IMG/VR virus record: IMGVR_UViG_3300028025_000089
Length of the DNA: 64,000 bases
Direction: 5' to 3' (one strand)
Origin: a virus
Lineage: Duplodnaviria > Caudoviricetes
Shown one piece after another: positions 10,326 through 19,537 of this stretch. The first letter of the stretch is position 1. Every line of letters begins with the position of its first letter. Under the pieces are notes generated by a model. The model was given only the letters and a program-made list of their open reading frames with translations. It was not told where the DNA came from and ran no database searches. The translations under genes and the position numbers were made by a program.

Positions 10326-10769
10326 TTAGTTTTTTAAAAATCTTTTATTTGATTCTTGAGTATAAATTTTTTCTCTCAAGTTTGTTGTTGAAAAATCATG
10401 ATCCCGTTTATTATAAACAAGTTTGATTCCTCTTTTAAGACATAAATCTTTTGCCGTAAAATTTTTGTCTTTATATTCTTCACCTAAAATTCGCACATTT
10501 AAGTCCAATGAAGAAAATATCATTAGTAATTCATCTTCGGTTGTGTAAGGTATTATTTTATCAACGTATTGGACTGCATCTAATTGGATATACCTTTCAA
10601 CTAAAGATTGAATTGGTTTGTTTTTTTCAGTTCTATCTATCGATGGGTCGACTTGAAGTGCACAAATTAAATAATCACAATATTTTTTACATTCCTCCAA
10701 CATTAGAATGTGGCCCGCATGTAGTAGATCAAATGTTGAGCAAGTAATTCCTATAGTTTTTTTATCCAT
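10326..10769 (-). CDS. Cytidylyltransferase (TagD/glycerol-3-phosphate cytidylyltransferase-like)
   Basis: STFDLLHAGH (HxGH), ERYIQL, RDHDFSTT. Confidence 0.9.
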   Translation of the reverse strand: MDKKTIGITCSTFDLLHAGHILMLEECKKYCDYLICALQVDPSIDRTEKNKPIQSLVERYIQLDAVQYVDKIIPYTTEDELLMIFSSLDLNVRILGEEYKDKNFTAKDLCLKRGIKLVYNKRDHDFSTTNLREKIYTQESNKRFLKN

Positions 10770-10772
10770 AAT

Positions 10773-11747
10773 TTATTTTTTAAAGTGATTAATCCAAAAT
10801 TCAATCATTTCATCTAACATCATTTCAAAAGTATATTCAGGTTCCCAACCTAATTGAGTTCTTATTTTTGTTGAGTCACCTTTTAAATAATCAAGTTCTT
10901 CCGGTCTTGTAAATTTGTGGTGTTGAGTCACATATTTTGTATAATCTAAATCTAATTTTTTAAAAACATACTCAACCATATCTCTAACTGAATGAGTAAC
11001 CATTGTGGACACAACAAAATCATCAGGGGCATCATTGTTAATGATTAAGTGCATTGCTTTTATATAATCTTTTGAATGACCCCAATCTCGATAAGAATCC
11101 AAATTACCTAATACTAATTCATTCTTTAGACCTAATTTAATTTCAACTGCGGTTTTTACCACTTTATTTGTAACAAAATTAGATCCTCTTCTTGGTGATT
11201 CGTGATTAAATAAAATACCATTAGATGCGTGTAATTTATATGCATTTCTGTAATTTCTTACAATGTTATATCCAAACACTTTTGAACACCCATAAGGTGA
11301 CACTGGATTCATTATGGTAGTTTCTCTTTGAAATCCGTCCTCATCTACCGAACTACCAAACATTTCGGAAGAGCTTGCTTGATAAAATCTTGCCTTTGGA
11401 CAACATCTTCGATATGCCTCTAAAATATTAATAACACCAATTGCGTTAGTCTGAACTGTAAATTGAGGAATGTCGTAACTTATTCTAACATGACTTTGAG
11501 CCGCTAAATTGTATATTTCGTCTGGTTGAATGTCGTTTAATAATCTTTCCAAACTACCTTGATCTAAAAGATCTCCATAATAAATGTTTAAATTATTTCT
11601 AATTTCGTCAGTTATTCTACTTTGTTGATTTTCAGGAACTGAATTTCTACGGATAATACCATGCACTTCATAACCCAATTCTAACAGGTATTCTGCCAAA
11701 TAAGATCCGTCCTGTCCGTTTATACCTGTAATAAATGCTTTTTTCAT
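10773..11747 (-). CDS. gmd: GDP-mannose 4,6-dehydratase
   Basis: ITGINGQDGSYLAE, YNLAAQSHV, YQASSSEMFG, SPYGCSK, NGILFNHESPRRG, RDWGH. Confidence 0.97.
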   Translation of the reverse strand: MKKAFITGINGQDGSYLAEYLLELGYEVHGIIRRNSVPENQQSRITDEIRNNLNIYYGDLLDQGSLERLLNDIQPDEIYNLAAQSHVRISYDIPQFTVQTNAIGVINILEAYRRCCPKARFYQASSSEMFGSSVDEDGFQRETTIMNPVSPYGCSKVFGYNIVRNYRNAYKLHASNGILFNHESPRRGSNFVTNKVVKTAVEIKLGLKNELVLGNLDSYRDWGHSKDYIKAMHLIINNDAPDDFVVSTMVTHSVRDMVEYVFKKLDLDYTKYVTQHHKFTRPEELDYLKGDSTKIRTQLGWEPEYTFEMMLDEMIEFWINHFKK

Positions 11748-11760
11748 TGTTTTTTATTTG

Positions 11761-12360
11761 TTATTTATTAAAAATTTTCATTTCTGTTAAGTCTGGCCAA
11801 TCTGTTACGGACCATTTTTTTGGTGGTGTATTGATAGCGTTTTCTAATTTATCTAACCCTAATTGTGCAGTTTCAGGAGTCATATAATAATGAAAACCAA
11901 TCGTATCAATATTTTGGTCTCTCCATGGCACATTAGGTAGTCTACCATCATAAGACATTTTTTTTAAGTTTAAATAATCTTCTTCATTATCAAGTAAAAT
12001 TACACCCCCTCTACCTAAAGATAGGTGTTTTTGATACTGAAAACTGATACACATGAATGTATTGGGAATGTAACTATCTTTTCTCCATAAAACAGCGGCG
12101 TCAATAATTCTTCTTTCACCATAATTTAATGTATAATAGTCTTCCCAATTCTCATCTCTCCACTCTCGTTCTAAACCCATTTTTTCGGCTAAAAAAGGAA
12201 CGGATAAATAAGTCCTTTTTGGGACGTTTATTTTTGTTTCTTTGGTGTATCTTAAACACAACTCAATTCCGTGAGTGCAACTATCTACCGCAATTGCATA
12301 TTTAGATCCAAAAAATTTAGAAATTTGATCTTCAAAGTCAGATATTATTTCGAATGACAT
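11761..12360 (-). CDS. Short DegT/DnrJ/EryC1/StrS-family PLP aminotransferase (perosamine synthase/VioA-like)
   Basis: AVDSCTHGIELCL, IIDAA, SFQYQKHLSLGRGG (PLP lysine); only 199 aa. Confidence 0.8.
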   Translation of the reverse strand: MSFEIISDFEDQISKFFGSKYAIAVDSCTHGIELCLRYTKETKINVPKRTYLSVPFLAEKMGLEREWRDENWEDYYTLNYGERRIIDAAVLWRKDSYIPNTFMCISFQYQKHLSLGRGGVILLDNEEDYLNLKKMSYDGRLPNVPWRDQNIDTIGFHYYMTPETAQLGLDKLENAINTPPKKWSVTDWPDLTEMKIFNK

Positions 12361-12404
12361 AATAAACTATTTTAATTTTTATTTACTATCAGTAGATGTT
12401 TTAA

Positions 12405-12435
12405 AAAATGTAACCCACCACAAACGGAAAGTCAA
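12405..12435 (-). promoter_or_regulatory. Host-type (early/middle) promoter TTGACT-N17-TACATTTT
   Basis: -35 at 12435-12430, -10 at 12412-12407; heads the 12360->6080 operon. Confidence 0.6.
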
Positions 12436-12969
12436 TTATTCATTATCGCGCTTCAATAGAAGCTCGTAATTTTCTAATATTTTTTTAGGATTAATTTTTT
12501 TTACAAGTTTTGCAGGATTCCCTTTGTAGACACCCCATTCTTCCGTGTCTCCCATTAATAAACTACCTGCGGTTAATAAAACACCTTTTCTTAAAATAGA
12601 ACCTGGTAATACAATCGCATTAGTCCCTATATTAGAAAACTCTTCCATAATAACGGGCTCAATTATTTGTTTACCTTTAAATTTTTTTGGGATCATTGCC
12701 CCAAATAAACCACTATCATCAAATCTATCACTACCACATATTATTCGTGATCCTGACATTATATTATTAAACCCTTTTGCTTCGAAATAAGCGGTATTAC
12801 CTCCTATTATAGTGACATAAGGGCTTATATGAACATAGTCCCCAATACTTATTTCAGTGGTGCAATACACTCCTTTATCTATTGACACATGATTACCAAT
12901 ATGTTTTGGTTTGTTTTTAAAAAAAACATCTTGATTGACAACCAAGTCTTTTTTCTTGTTAGATTTCAT
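12436..12969 (-). CDS. Hexapeptide-repeat (LbH) acyltransferase, VioB/WbbJ-like
   Basis: IGDYVHISPYVTIIGG, NIGTNAIVLPGS, WGVYKGNPAK. Confidence 0.8.
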   Translation of the reverse strand: MKSNKKKDLVVNQDVFFKNKPKHIGNHVSIDKGVYCTTEISIGDYVHISPYVTIIGGNTAYFEAKGFNNIMSGSRIICGSDRFDDSGLFGAMIPKKFKGKQIIEPVIMEEFSNIGTNAIVLPGSILRKGVLLTAGSLLMGDTEEWGVYKGNPAKLVKKINPKKILENYELLLKRDNE

Positions 12970-12978
12970 AAAATTTAA

Positions 12979-13659
12979 TTATGATTTAATTAGAATTCCT
13001 TGTCCTGTTGGGGAAGTGTATATTAAACAATTTTTTTCTTTGGCAAACTTGTCATGAGATTCTTTTTGATTTTGATGTCCAGGAAACCCATAATCATCAA
13101 ATATAATTATCCCGCCATTGACAACTTTGTCCCATATAAATTCTAAAGCTTCTTTTTCAGGTTTAACACAATTAAAATCAATAGACACAAAGGAAACTTT
13201 GTCTGTTTTAATTTCTTCTAATGTATCGGGAATATAACCTGGTATTATTACCATATTTTCAAACTTTTGGAATTTTTCTTTTACTTCTTCATACCAATTT
13301 CCATATTGTTGGTAGTTTCTTAATGCCGATAACTCTACGTCCAATAAATTTTCATTTTTTAAACCTTCAAAACTATCCAATAAGTAATATTTTTTATTTA
13401 TTTTTTCAAACTCCAAATATTCGTATATGGCGGATGAAAACAATCCAAAACCACCCCCAAATTCAACAAAGTCACCTTCTAATTTTGACGCATATTTTGC
13501 CGCCCAAATTAAAGTATGTATTCTCCATCTAATTGTGTATGCGTCTGAAATTAACCTATTATTTGCCGCCATAACACATTTTTGATATGCATTTATGAAT
13601 TTTGGATCATTCATAAATTCGGTACTTGCTAGAGTTGAAATTATATCTTCTTTATACAT
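12979..13659 (-). CDS. TylF/MycF-family sugar O-methyltransferase
   Basis: EGDFVEFGGGFG, LDSFEG, FVSIDF, GGIIIFDDYG. Confidence 0.85.
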   Translation of the reverse strand: MYKEDIISTLASTEFMNDPKFINAYQKCVMAANNRLISDAYTIRWRIHTLIWAAKYASKLEGDFVEFGGGFGLFSSAIYEYLEFEKINKKYYLLDSFEGLKNENLLDVELSALRNYQQYGNWYEEVKEKFQKFENMVIIPGYIPDTLEEIKTDKVSFVSIDFNCVKPEKEALEFIWDKVVNGGIIIFDDYGFPGHQNQKESHDKFAKEKNCLIYTSPTGQGILIKS

Positions 13660-13662
13660 TTT

Positions 13663-14289
13663 TTATATTTTTTTTGTTTCGCAAATTATGAAATGTTTGA
13701 CATTTCCTTCTTGATTTAAATCGTGAGTTTGATAATCCTGATACCAAATGTTTTCAATATCAAAATATTTGTTAATTAAATTTTTTATTTTATCTTCTGT
13801 TATGTAAAAAGTCTTATGCCATTTCATTGATGCTCGACTTTTTTCTTGATCGTATGGTGTTGAAAATAACAACTTACCCCCATCTTTAAGAGATTTATGA
13901 AAGTTATACATTAATTTATCAATATCGGATTCCTCAAAATGCTCCACAGTTTCAAACGAAACTATCATGTCAAATTTATTTTCAAAATCTATATCCAATA
14001 AATTTTTATTATAAAAAAACACTTTATTTTCATTACCATATCTTTCTTTAATCTCATTAATTGTAATTTCATCAATATCGACACCGTGAACTTCTCTACA
14101 ATTTTCAGACAACATCATACTACCATATCCCGATCCACAAGCCATATCGGCAACAATATAATCTTCTTTAATTAATTTTTTTGCCATTTCATACCTTTTA
14201 AAATGTGATTTTTGATACATATTGAAATTATTATAATTCATATCATAATAATTAATATCCATTCTTTCTCCATTATTTTCTAAATTCAT
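13663..14289 (-). CDS. Class I SAM-dependent methyltransferase
   Basis: VADMACGSGYG, GVDID, FDMIVSFETVEH, LKDGGKLLFSTP. Confidence 0.9.
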   Translation of the reverse strand: MNLENNGERMDINYYDMNYNNFNMYQKSHFKRYEMAKKLIKEDYIVADMACGSGYGSMMLSENCREVHGVDIDEITINEIKERYGNENKVFFYNKNLLDIDFENKFDMIVSFETVEHFEESDIDKLMYNFHKSLKDGGKLLFSTPYDQEKSRASMKWHKTFYITEDKIKNLINKYFDIENIWYQDYQTHDLNQEGNVKHFIICETKKI

Positions 14290-14965
14290 AATTTTTATTT
14301 TTAGTTATGTTTATTTCGTCTTGTAAATTTTTAGTATATGTTTTACTTATTTGATTTGAGTGAGAGGTATTTGCAATTAAACAATCTTGTAAAACACAAG
14401 GAGGACCATATTTTTTATATAATAAAAAATAATAATCACAATCCATTAACATCGTTAAATTTTCGTCAAAAAAATCAATATCATTATTTAACATTGATAA
14501 TACTGATGGAGACCCTATGGTATTTCTACCTTCTATTATATTATCACTCCAAACAGGGGTAATAAAATTGTAAAAATTAACAGAATCGGTAGTATCACAA
14601 GAACCATTTACCAACCATTTTGTTGTTTCACTTGAAAATTGTTCGTCAATTAACTTCAATGAATTATTTTTAACAAAGAAATCATCTTGAAACATAATTT
14701 TTATTATCTCACCTTTGGCATGTTTTAAAGCAAAATTCAAATTAGCCGGACTATTTCCTCTGTTATTTTTATTTTTTAAATAATTTATATTTAAATCTTT
14801 GTGAGAGGATACGAGATCTTTTATAATGTCGTCGACACTATGGTCAGAAATAATAATTTCTAAATCTTTATAATCTTGATCTTTGATTGATAAAAGTAAT
14901 TGATTTAAAAAATAAGAACCTTGACCGTTAATTTCCCATGTGGGAATCACTATTGAAAATCTCAT
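14273..14965 (-). CDS. Glycosyltransferase family 2
   Basis: FSIVIPT, EIIISDHS, GEIIKIMFQDD, IGSPS, LMDCDYY. Confidence 0.85.
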   Translation of the reverse strand: MRFSIVIPTWEINGQGSYFLNQLLLSIKDQDYKDLEIIISDHSVDDIIKDLVSSHKDLNINYLKNKNNRGNSPANLNFALKHAKGEIIKIMFQDDFFVKNNSLKLIDEQFSSETTKWLVNGSCDTTDSVNFYNFITPVWSDNIIEGRNTIGSPSVLSMLNNDIDFFDENLTMLMDCDYYFLLYKKYGPPCVLQDCLIANTSHSNQISKTYTKNLQDEINITKNKNYEFRK

Positions 14966-15384
14966 GGGTTATTTTTTATAAAAACTTTATCTAATGACTG
15001 ACCCTCATATGGACCCGTTTTATATTCATAAACGATAGTATCATCCTCAAGTATTTCATATGTATGTCCACCATATAAAGTAAAACTTGCATCTCCTGAG
15101 TAAAGTATTGGGGTTGCTATAATTTGATCGTCAATGTCATAAAATATACATCTAACACTACCTTTAATAACAATCCAAGATTCTTGAGCTATTTGTTCAG
15201 TATAATGTCTATCTTTAGTTATGTGTTTGTGTGGATTAAAGGTTTTACCATTTGGCATCTTTAAAGTTGCACATTGTATAAAATTATCTTCGGGAACTAC
15301 CTCAGTTCTACCTTCAATTTCATCTAAACGATTGATTATATGTAGTAATTTACTTGGATCGACCTTTGAGTATATTTTTTCCAT
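14962..15384 (-). CDS. WbuC-like cupin-fold metalloprotein
   Basis: FNPHKH...QESWIVIKG, GGHTYE, YEYKTGPY. Confidence 0.7.
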   Translation of the reverse strand: MEKIYSKVDPSKLLHIINRLDEIEGRTEVVPEDNFIQCATLKMPNGKTFNPHKHITKDRHYTEQIAQESWIVIKGSVRCIFYDIDDQIIATPILYSGDASFTLYGGHTYEILEDDTIVYEYKTGPYEGQSLDKVFIKNNP

Positions 15385-15387
15385 TTT

Positions 15388-16179
15388 TTATTTATTTAAG
15401 ATTATCCATTCTGACGGACATAAAGTTGATGTGTTTAAGTGTGCGTTACCAGGACCAAACCACCTATTTGTTGTGATTATTTTCTTTTCAATATTTTGGT
15501 TTAAATACGCTCCCCACCAACTAAATGTGCTATTACAAATTATATTATTTTTACATAAACTCATTGTATATAAATCTAACCAATCTTTACCTGAAGTGTA
15601 GAAAATTTTATTAGGTAAATAATCAAACATATTTTTAACCCCATCTAAATCATCACTAAAGATTAAAAAAGTATTATCTCTACCGATAATTTCTGTCGCT
15701 TCTTTATAATATTCTTCGGTTTGTTGAGGATGTTTATTTGGATATTTAAGATAATCCCCCCTTCTTATATGAATAGAAGTGTAATTTCTAATTTCGGGTA
15801 AATTTTTTAATATTTCATTTTTAATTTCATCAGTTGGTTTAAAAATATCTAAGATAGTTTGTTTATTATTGATAAAATATTTTTCGCTTTGGAAGTATCC
15901 GTCTAACAATAAATTAGTTCCTTTGATATAATTGATATTTTGATGATTAAATTGTCTTTCAGTGTAAACTGAAAAACTTTCAGGTAATTTATCAATAAAA
16001 TTAATATTTCTTAAAATATTGTTGGCATAATTTTCATAATTTGGATCTATTGGTCTTATGAATTCTTTTGAAAAAATATAATCTACATTATTATCAATTG
16101 CCATACTAATTGACGCTGCAAGTTTAAATATTACATTTCCTAACCCTCCTCTGTGGTTAGTTGTGATAAAATTTTTCAT
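15388..16179 (-). CDS. Alpha-1,2-fucosyltransferase-like (GT11)
   Basis: GGLGN, GYFQSEKYF, SIHIRRGDY, IFSDD, NSTFSWWGAYL; start set at the ATGA overlap (16179). Confidence 0.92.
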   Translation of the reverse strand: MKNFITTNHRGGLGNVIFKLAASISMAIDNNVDYIFSKEFIRPIDPNYENYANNILRNINFIDKLPESFSVYTERQFNHQNINYIKGTNLLLDGYFQSEKYFINNKQTILDIFKPTDEIKNEILKNLPEIRNYTSIHIRRGDYLKYPNKHPQQTEEYYKEATEIIGRDNTFLIFSDDLDGVKNMFDYLPNKIFYTSGKDWLDLYTMSLCKNNIICNSTFSWWGAYLNQNIEKKIITTNRWFGPGNAHLNTSTLCPSEWIILNK

Positions 16180-16805
16180 TTTATTAACCATTTATAATCA
16201 GTTATTTTATTTTCTATATCACTATAACTAACTCGTTGAGTTGCGATCATGGGATAGAACGAATAAACATTTAATTTTTTCTGTAGTTCGGAATAAATTA
16301 CATCAAGAGCGTTATCACACTTTTTTAACCTCTCTAATATTTGTTTAAATGTTTTTTTATTTATTGCAACACAATGAGTGCTGAAAGTGCTATGTAATTT
16401 ACAAACTTTATCATTGATAATGTTTGGTGGTTTTACTCCCATATGAGTATTATGATTTCCACCAAAATATAACATATCCCAATCTTCAGGTAGTAAGTCA
16501 AAGAATGTGTCCATATTTTTAACTTGATCTGTAAATTCAACATCATCTTCTAAGATTAATATTGAATTATAGTTATTTTTAATTGATTCTTCTAGTATTT
16601 TTATATTGGTTAATACTAATGCCAATCTTGATGGTGTAACAAATCCATTTGAGTTTTGCGGTAATTCTTTACCATCAACCGCTTTAAACCTTTCAATTCC
16701 AGTAAGATCGTTTTTATTGAATTCGATAAGACATTCTTCCCATCTATCAAATCTTCTGTCGAGGTTAATGCAAAATGTTTTGTCAAAAAAATCAGTTATC
16801 TTCAT
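16176..16805 (-). CDS. Glycosyltransferase family 25
   Basis: CINLDRRFDRW, RFKAVDG, ILILEDD, WDMLYFG, STHCVAIN. Confidence 0.85.
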   Translation of the reverse strand: MKITDFFDKTFCINLDRRFDRWEECLIEFNKNDLTGIERFKAVDGKELPQNSNGFVTPSRLALVLTNIKILEESIKNNYNSILILEDDVEFTDQVKNMDTFFDLLPEDWDMLYFGGNHNTHMGVKPPNIINDKVCKLHSTFSTHCVAINKKTFKQILERLKKCDNALDVIYSELQKKLNVYSFYPMIATQRVSYSDIENKITDYKWLIK

Positions 16806-18183
16806 TTTTAAATATATTATTTTTAGACATTATATAATCATATAATTCTTTTGTATTTTTATTTGCCTCAGTTGATACAGTCCCATCTTTTTCGTGGTGA
16901 AAATATGTAAATAGAGGTTTTGGTATTCTTTTACCAATATATCCTTTATTCATCATTTTAATCCATAGATCATAATCTTCCCATCCTTTCATTTCTTCAT
17001 CATATCCTCCACACATATCAAAAGCTTCCCTACTGAACATAGAGCAATTAACAATAAACGGTCCTTGTATTAACCTATCTTTAGACCATTCAGGTCTTTT
17101 TTCAATTCCGGTCATTTGACCGACATGGTTTGTATCACAATATATTGGACTTAAATTTTTATTCTTTTTGATTAAATTTATACAGGTCTGTATATAATCA
17201 GGTGAAATCATATCGTCCGAATCTAAAGGTAATATATATTCACCTGAAGAATGTTTAATTCCATTGTTTCTTGCTGATGACGGACCAGCATTTTTTTGAT
17301 GTATGATTTTAATATTTGGGTGATTAGATAAACTATTAAGTTTATTAATTACGTATTGATTTTGTGAACCATCATTTACAATTACTAACTCAATATTTTT
17401 ATATGTTGAATTGAATACCGACTCCAATGATTTTTGAAACATATTCCCATAATTGTGGATTGGCATAATTATAGAAACTATTGGTTGTTTTTTGTTGTAA
17501 TCAAAAATAGGTAAATCATTTTCAACTATTTGTGGTAAATTATCTTTAAAAGATTCAACAAATTTAATTCTATTTTGTTCCCATTGTTGGTTGGTTTGAC
17601 CAATTGATAAATGAGTAATAGGAATGTTTGATACAACACCAATCTTAACTCCATCTAAATAATTTTCGAATGTAAAAGTAGTGTCGTAAAAGTGAAACCC
17701 ATTGACAATTTCATTAAAGTTTTTTGATATTTTATTTTTTTGTATCATCATAAAAACACCATCAACAATTATAGATTGTAAAACTTTATTTCCAAAAGGT
17801 TCGTTATATTTTGATAACCATTTTTTACCGTTATGTTGATGGTATACTTGACCAATCATTTCGGATGAAATTTCCCACCACATACCTGATTCAGGATAAT
17901 ATCTTGTACCAGCAACCCCCAAAATACCGTATTCAGGTCTTTTTTGGAAATGTTCCATAACTCTTTTTCCCCAATATTTTTTCTCAAAAAGAATATCATC
18001 ATGACATAAAACAACGATGTTATTACTACTTTCATTTAATATTTCATTATAAACAACTGATAATGATTTTTCTCCATTATTAATTTTTTGAATGATCTCA
18101 ACATCATCAATACCACAAGTATCTTTAACCTGTTTTATAAAATTAGGTTTTGGAGTTTTTGTGCTAAACCCTACTGTAATCAT
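16792..18183 (-). CDS. Two-domain glycosyltransferase (GT2-like + GT2)
   Basis: N-domain LCHDDI, DGVFM, GFHFYD; C-domain VSIIMP, IVNDGS, GPSSARN, LPLDSDD, EDYDLW. Confidence 0.85.
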   Translation of the reverse strand: MITVGFSTKTPKPNFIKQVKDTCGIDDVEIIQKINNGEKSLSVVYNEILNESSNNIVVLCHDDILFEKKYWGKRVMEHFQKRPEYGILGVAGTRYYPESGMWWEISSEMIGQVYHQHNGKKWLSKYNEPFGNKVLQSIIVDGVFMMIQKNKISKNFNEIVNGFHFYDTTFTFENYLDGVKIGVVSNIPITHLSIGQTNQQWEQNRIKFVESFKDNLPQIVENDLPIFDYNKKQPIVSIIMPIHNYGNMFQKSLESVFNSTYKNIELVIVNDGSQNQYVINKLNSLSNHPNIKIIHQKNAGPSSARNNGIKHSSGEYILPLDSDDMISPDYIQTCINLIKKNKNLSPIYCDTNHVGQMTGIEKRPEWSKDRLIQGPFIVNCSMFSREAFDMCGGYDEEMKGWEDYDLWIKMMNKGYIGKRIPKPLFTYFHHEKDGTVSTEANKNTKELYDYIMSKNNIFKNEDN

Positions 18184-18206
18184 ACTTTTTTATTTAATTT
18201 TGTTAT

Positions 18207-18809
18207 TTATATCCCTGTCGACCCAAACCCGTTATCGTTTCTATCTTTATTTCCCAAATCATTTTTTTCTATTAATTTGACCCACTTTCCTGAAACTACA
18301 GGACAAAGAACTGCTTGTGCGATTTTTTGACCTTTTTCTATTTTTACTTTTTCTCTTGTGGTGTTAAATAAAATGATTTGTATTTCACCTAAATAACCTT
18401 GATCTACAGTGCCAGGTGAGTTTAATACCATAAGACCTTGTTTTAAGGCCAAACCACTTTTTGATCTTACTTGAATTTCATAACCTTCTGGTATATCAAA
18501 ATGTAATCCTGTTGATACTAATTGTCTATCAAGGGAATGTATCCATACGTCTTCGGTTGAATATAGATCAAACCCTGAATCACTAATATATGCGTATTTT
18601 GGATCTACTGCGTTTTCTTTTGTTTTCTTATATGAAAGATCAATAGTTGGTATATATTCTTGAATCTCTTTTTCTAATTCAGGTATATCTAACCCTAATG
18701 TTTCCATAATGGCATTATAATCAACATCATTATTTTCATCATCTAATGAATCCAAAAATTTTAACATGTCTTGTATTTCTTCTTCAGAAACATTATTAAA
18801 ATTACTCAT
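18207..18809 (-). CDS. dut: dUTPase (trimeric) with acidic N-terminal extension
   Basis: SGFDL, RSKSGLA, GTVDQGYLGEI, IAQAV, RNDNGFGSTG. Confidence 0.95.
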   Translation of the reverse strand: MSNFNNVSEEEIQDMLKFLDSLDDENNDVDYNAIMETLGLDIPELEKEIQEYIPTIDLSYKKTKENAVDPKYAYISDSGFDLYSTEDVWIHSLDRQLVSTGLHFDIPEGYEIQVRSKSGLALKQGLMVLNSPGTVDQGYLGEIQIILFNTTREKVKIEKGQKIAQAVLCPVVSGKWVKLIEKNDLGNKDRNDNGFGSTGI

Positions 18810-19534
18810 TATTTTAAACTTTTTAATTTCATTATTGCGTCAATCAAAACCTCAACATCTCTTTCACAATAGTCAGATATTTCTTTTAATCTGTTGTGAC
18901 TCCAATACGCTTCGTGAACCATTCCACCATTTACTTCACCATCTTTTGGTGTTGGAATATCCAAACATGCACACATCAAATCTAAAGAACCAATTGCAGT
19001 ATATGCACCGTATTGCCAAATTTCTTTTGTGTCAATTGCTTTAACTTCCCAAGGTTTTGTATCGTATGACGGTAAAAGTTTAGATGGCATAATACCATTA
19101 ATAATCATTCTTTTTGCCAACATCGGAATGTCAAAGTTTTTTAGATTATGACCACACAGATAAAAATCTAATTTGTGACATCTGTTTAAAAGATCTCTAA
19201 CCTCTGTTAGTAATTTGGTTTCATCATCACCCGAGAATGTTTGCATTTTTGTTTGTCCGTTGTCTAAAACAAATGCCATGGATACACAAACAATCTTGGC
19301 AAACTCAGGAACAAGTGCCGCTCTTTTTCTAAACACTATGTCCATATGTTCTTCAGTTGTTCTATCTTCACCAAATTCTTTATCTTCGGGGAATCTTTTT
19401 AAAAACCAATCAAAATATTTGTCAAATTGTTCGGCAACTCTTGGGTTAGTTTTAATACATGATTGATAGTCAGCACACCCCCCAACGGTCTCAATATCTA
19501 AAAATAAAATTTTTGTAAGTGGTATATTAATCAT
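18809..19534 (-). CDS. Standalone PolB-like 3'-5' exonuclease (DEDD)
   Basis: FLDIETV, GHNLKNFDIP, YCERDV. Confidence 0.85.
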   Translation of the reverse strand: MINIPLTKILFLDIETVGGCADYQSCIKTNPRVAEQFDKYFDWFLKRFPEDKEFGEDRTTEEHMDIVFRKRAALVPEFAKIVCVSMAFVLDNGQTKMQTFSGDDETKLLTEVRDLLNRCHKLDFYLCGHNLKNFDIPMLAKRMIINGIMPSKLLPSYDTKPWEVKAIDTKEIWQYGAYTAIGSLDLMCACLDIPTPKDGEVNGGMVHEAYWSHNRLKEISDYCERDVEVLIDAIMKLKSLK

Positions 19535-19537
19535 TTT

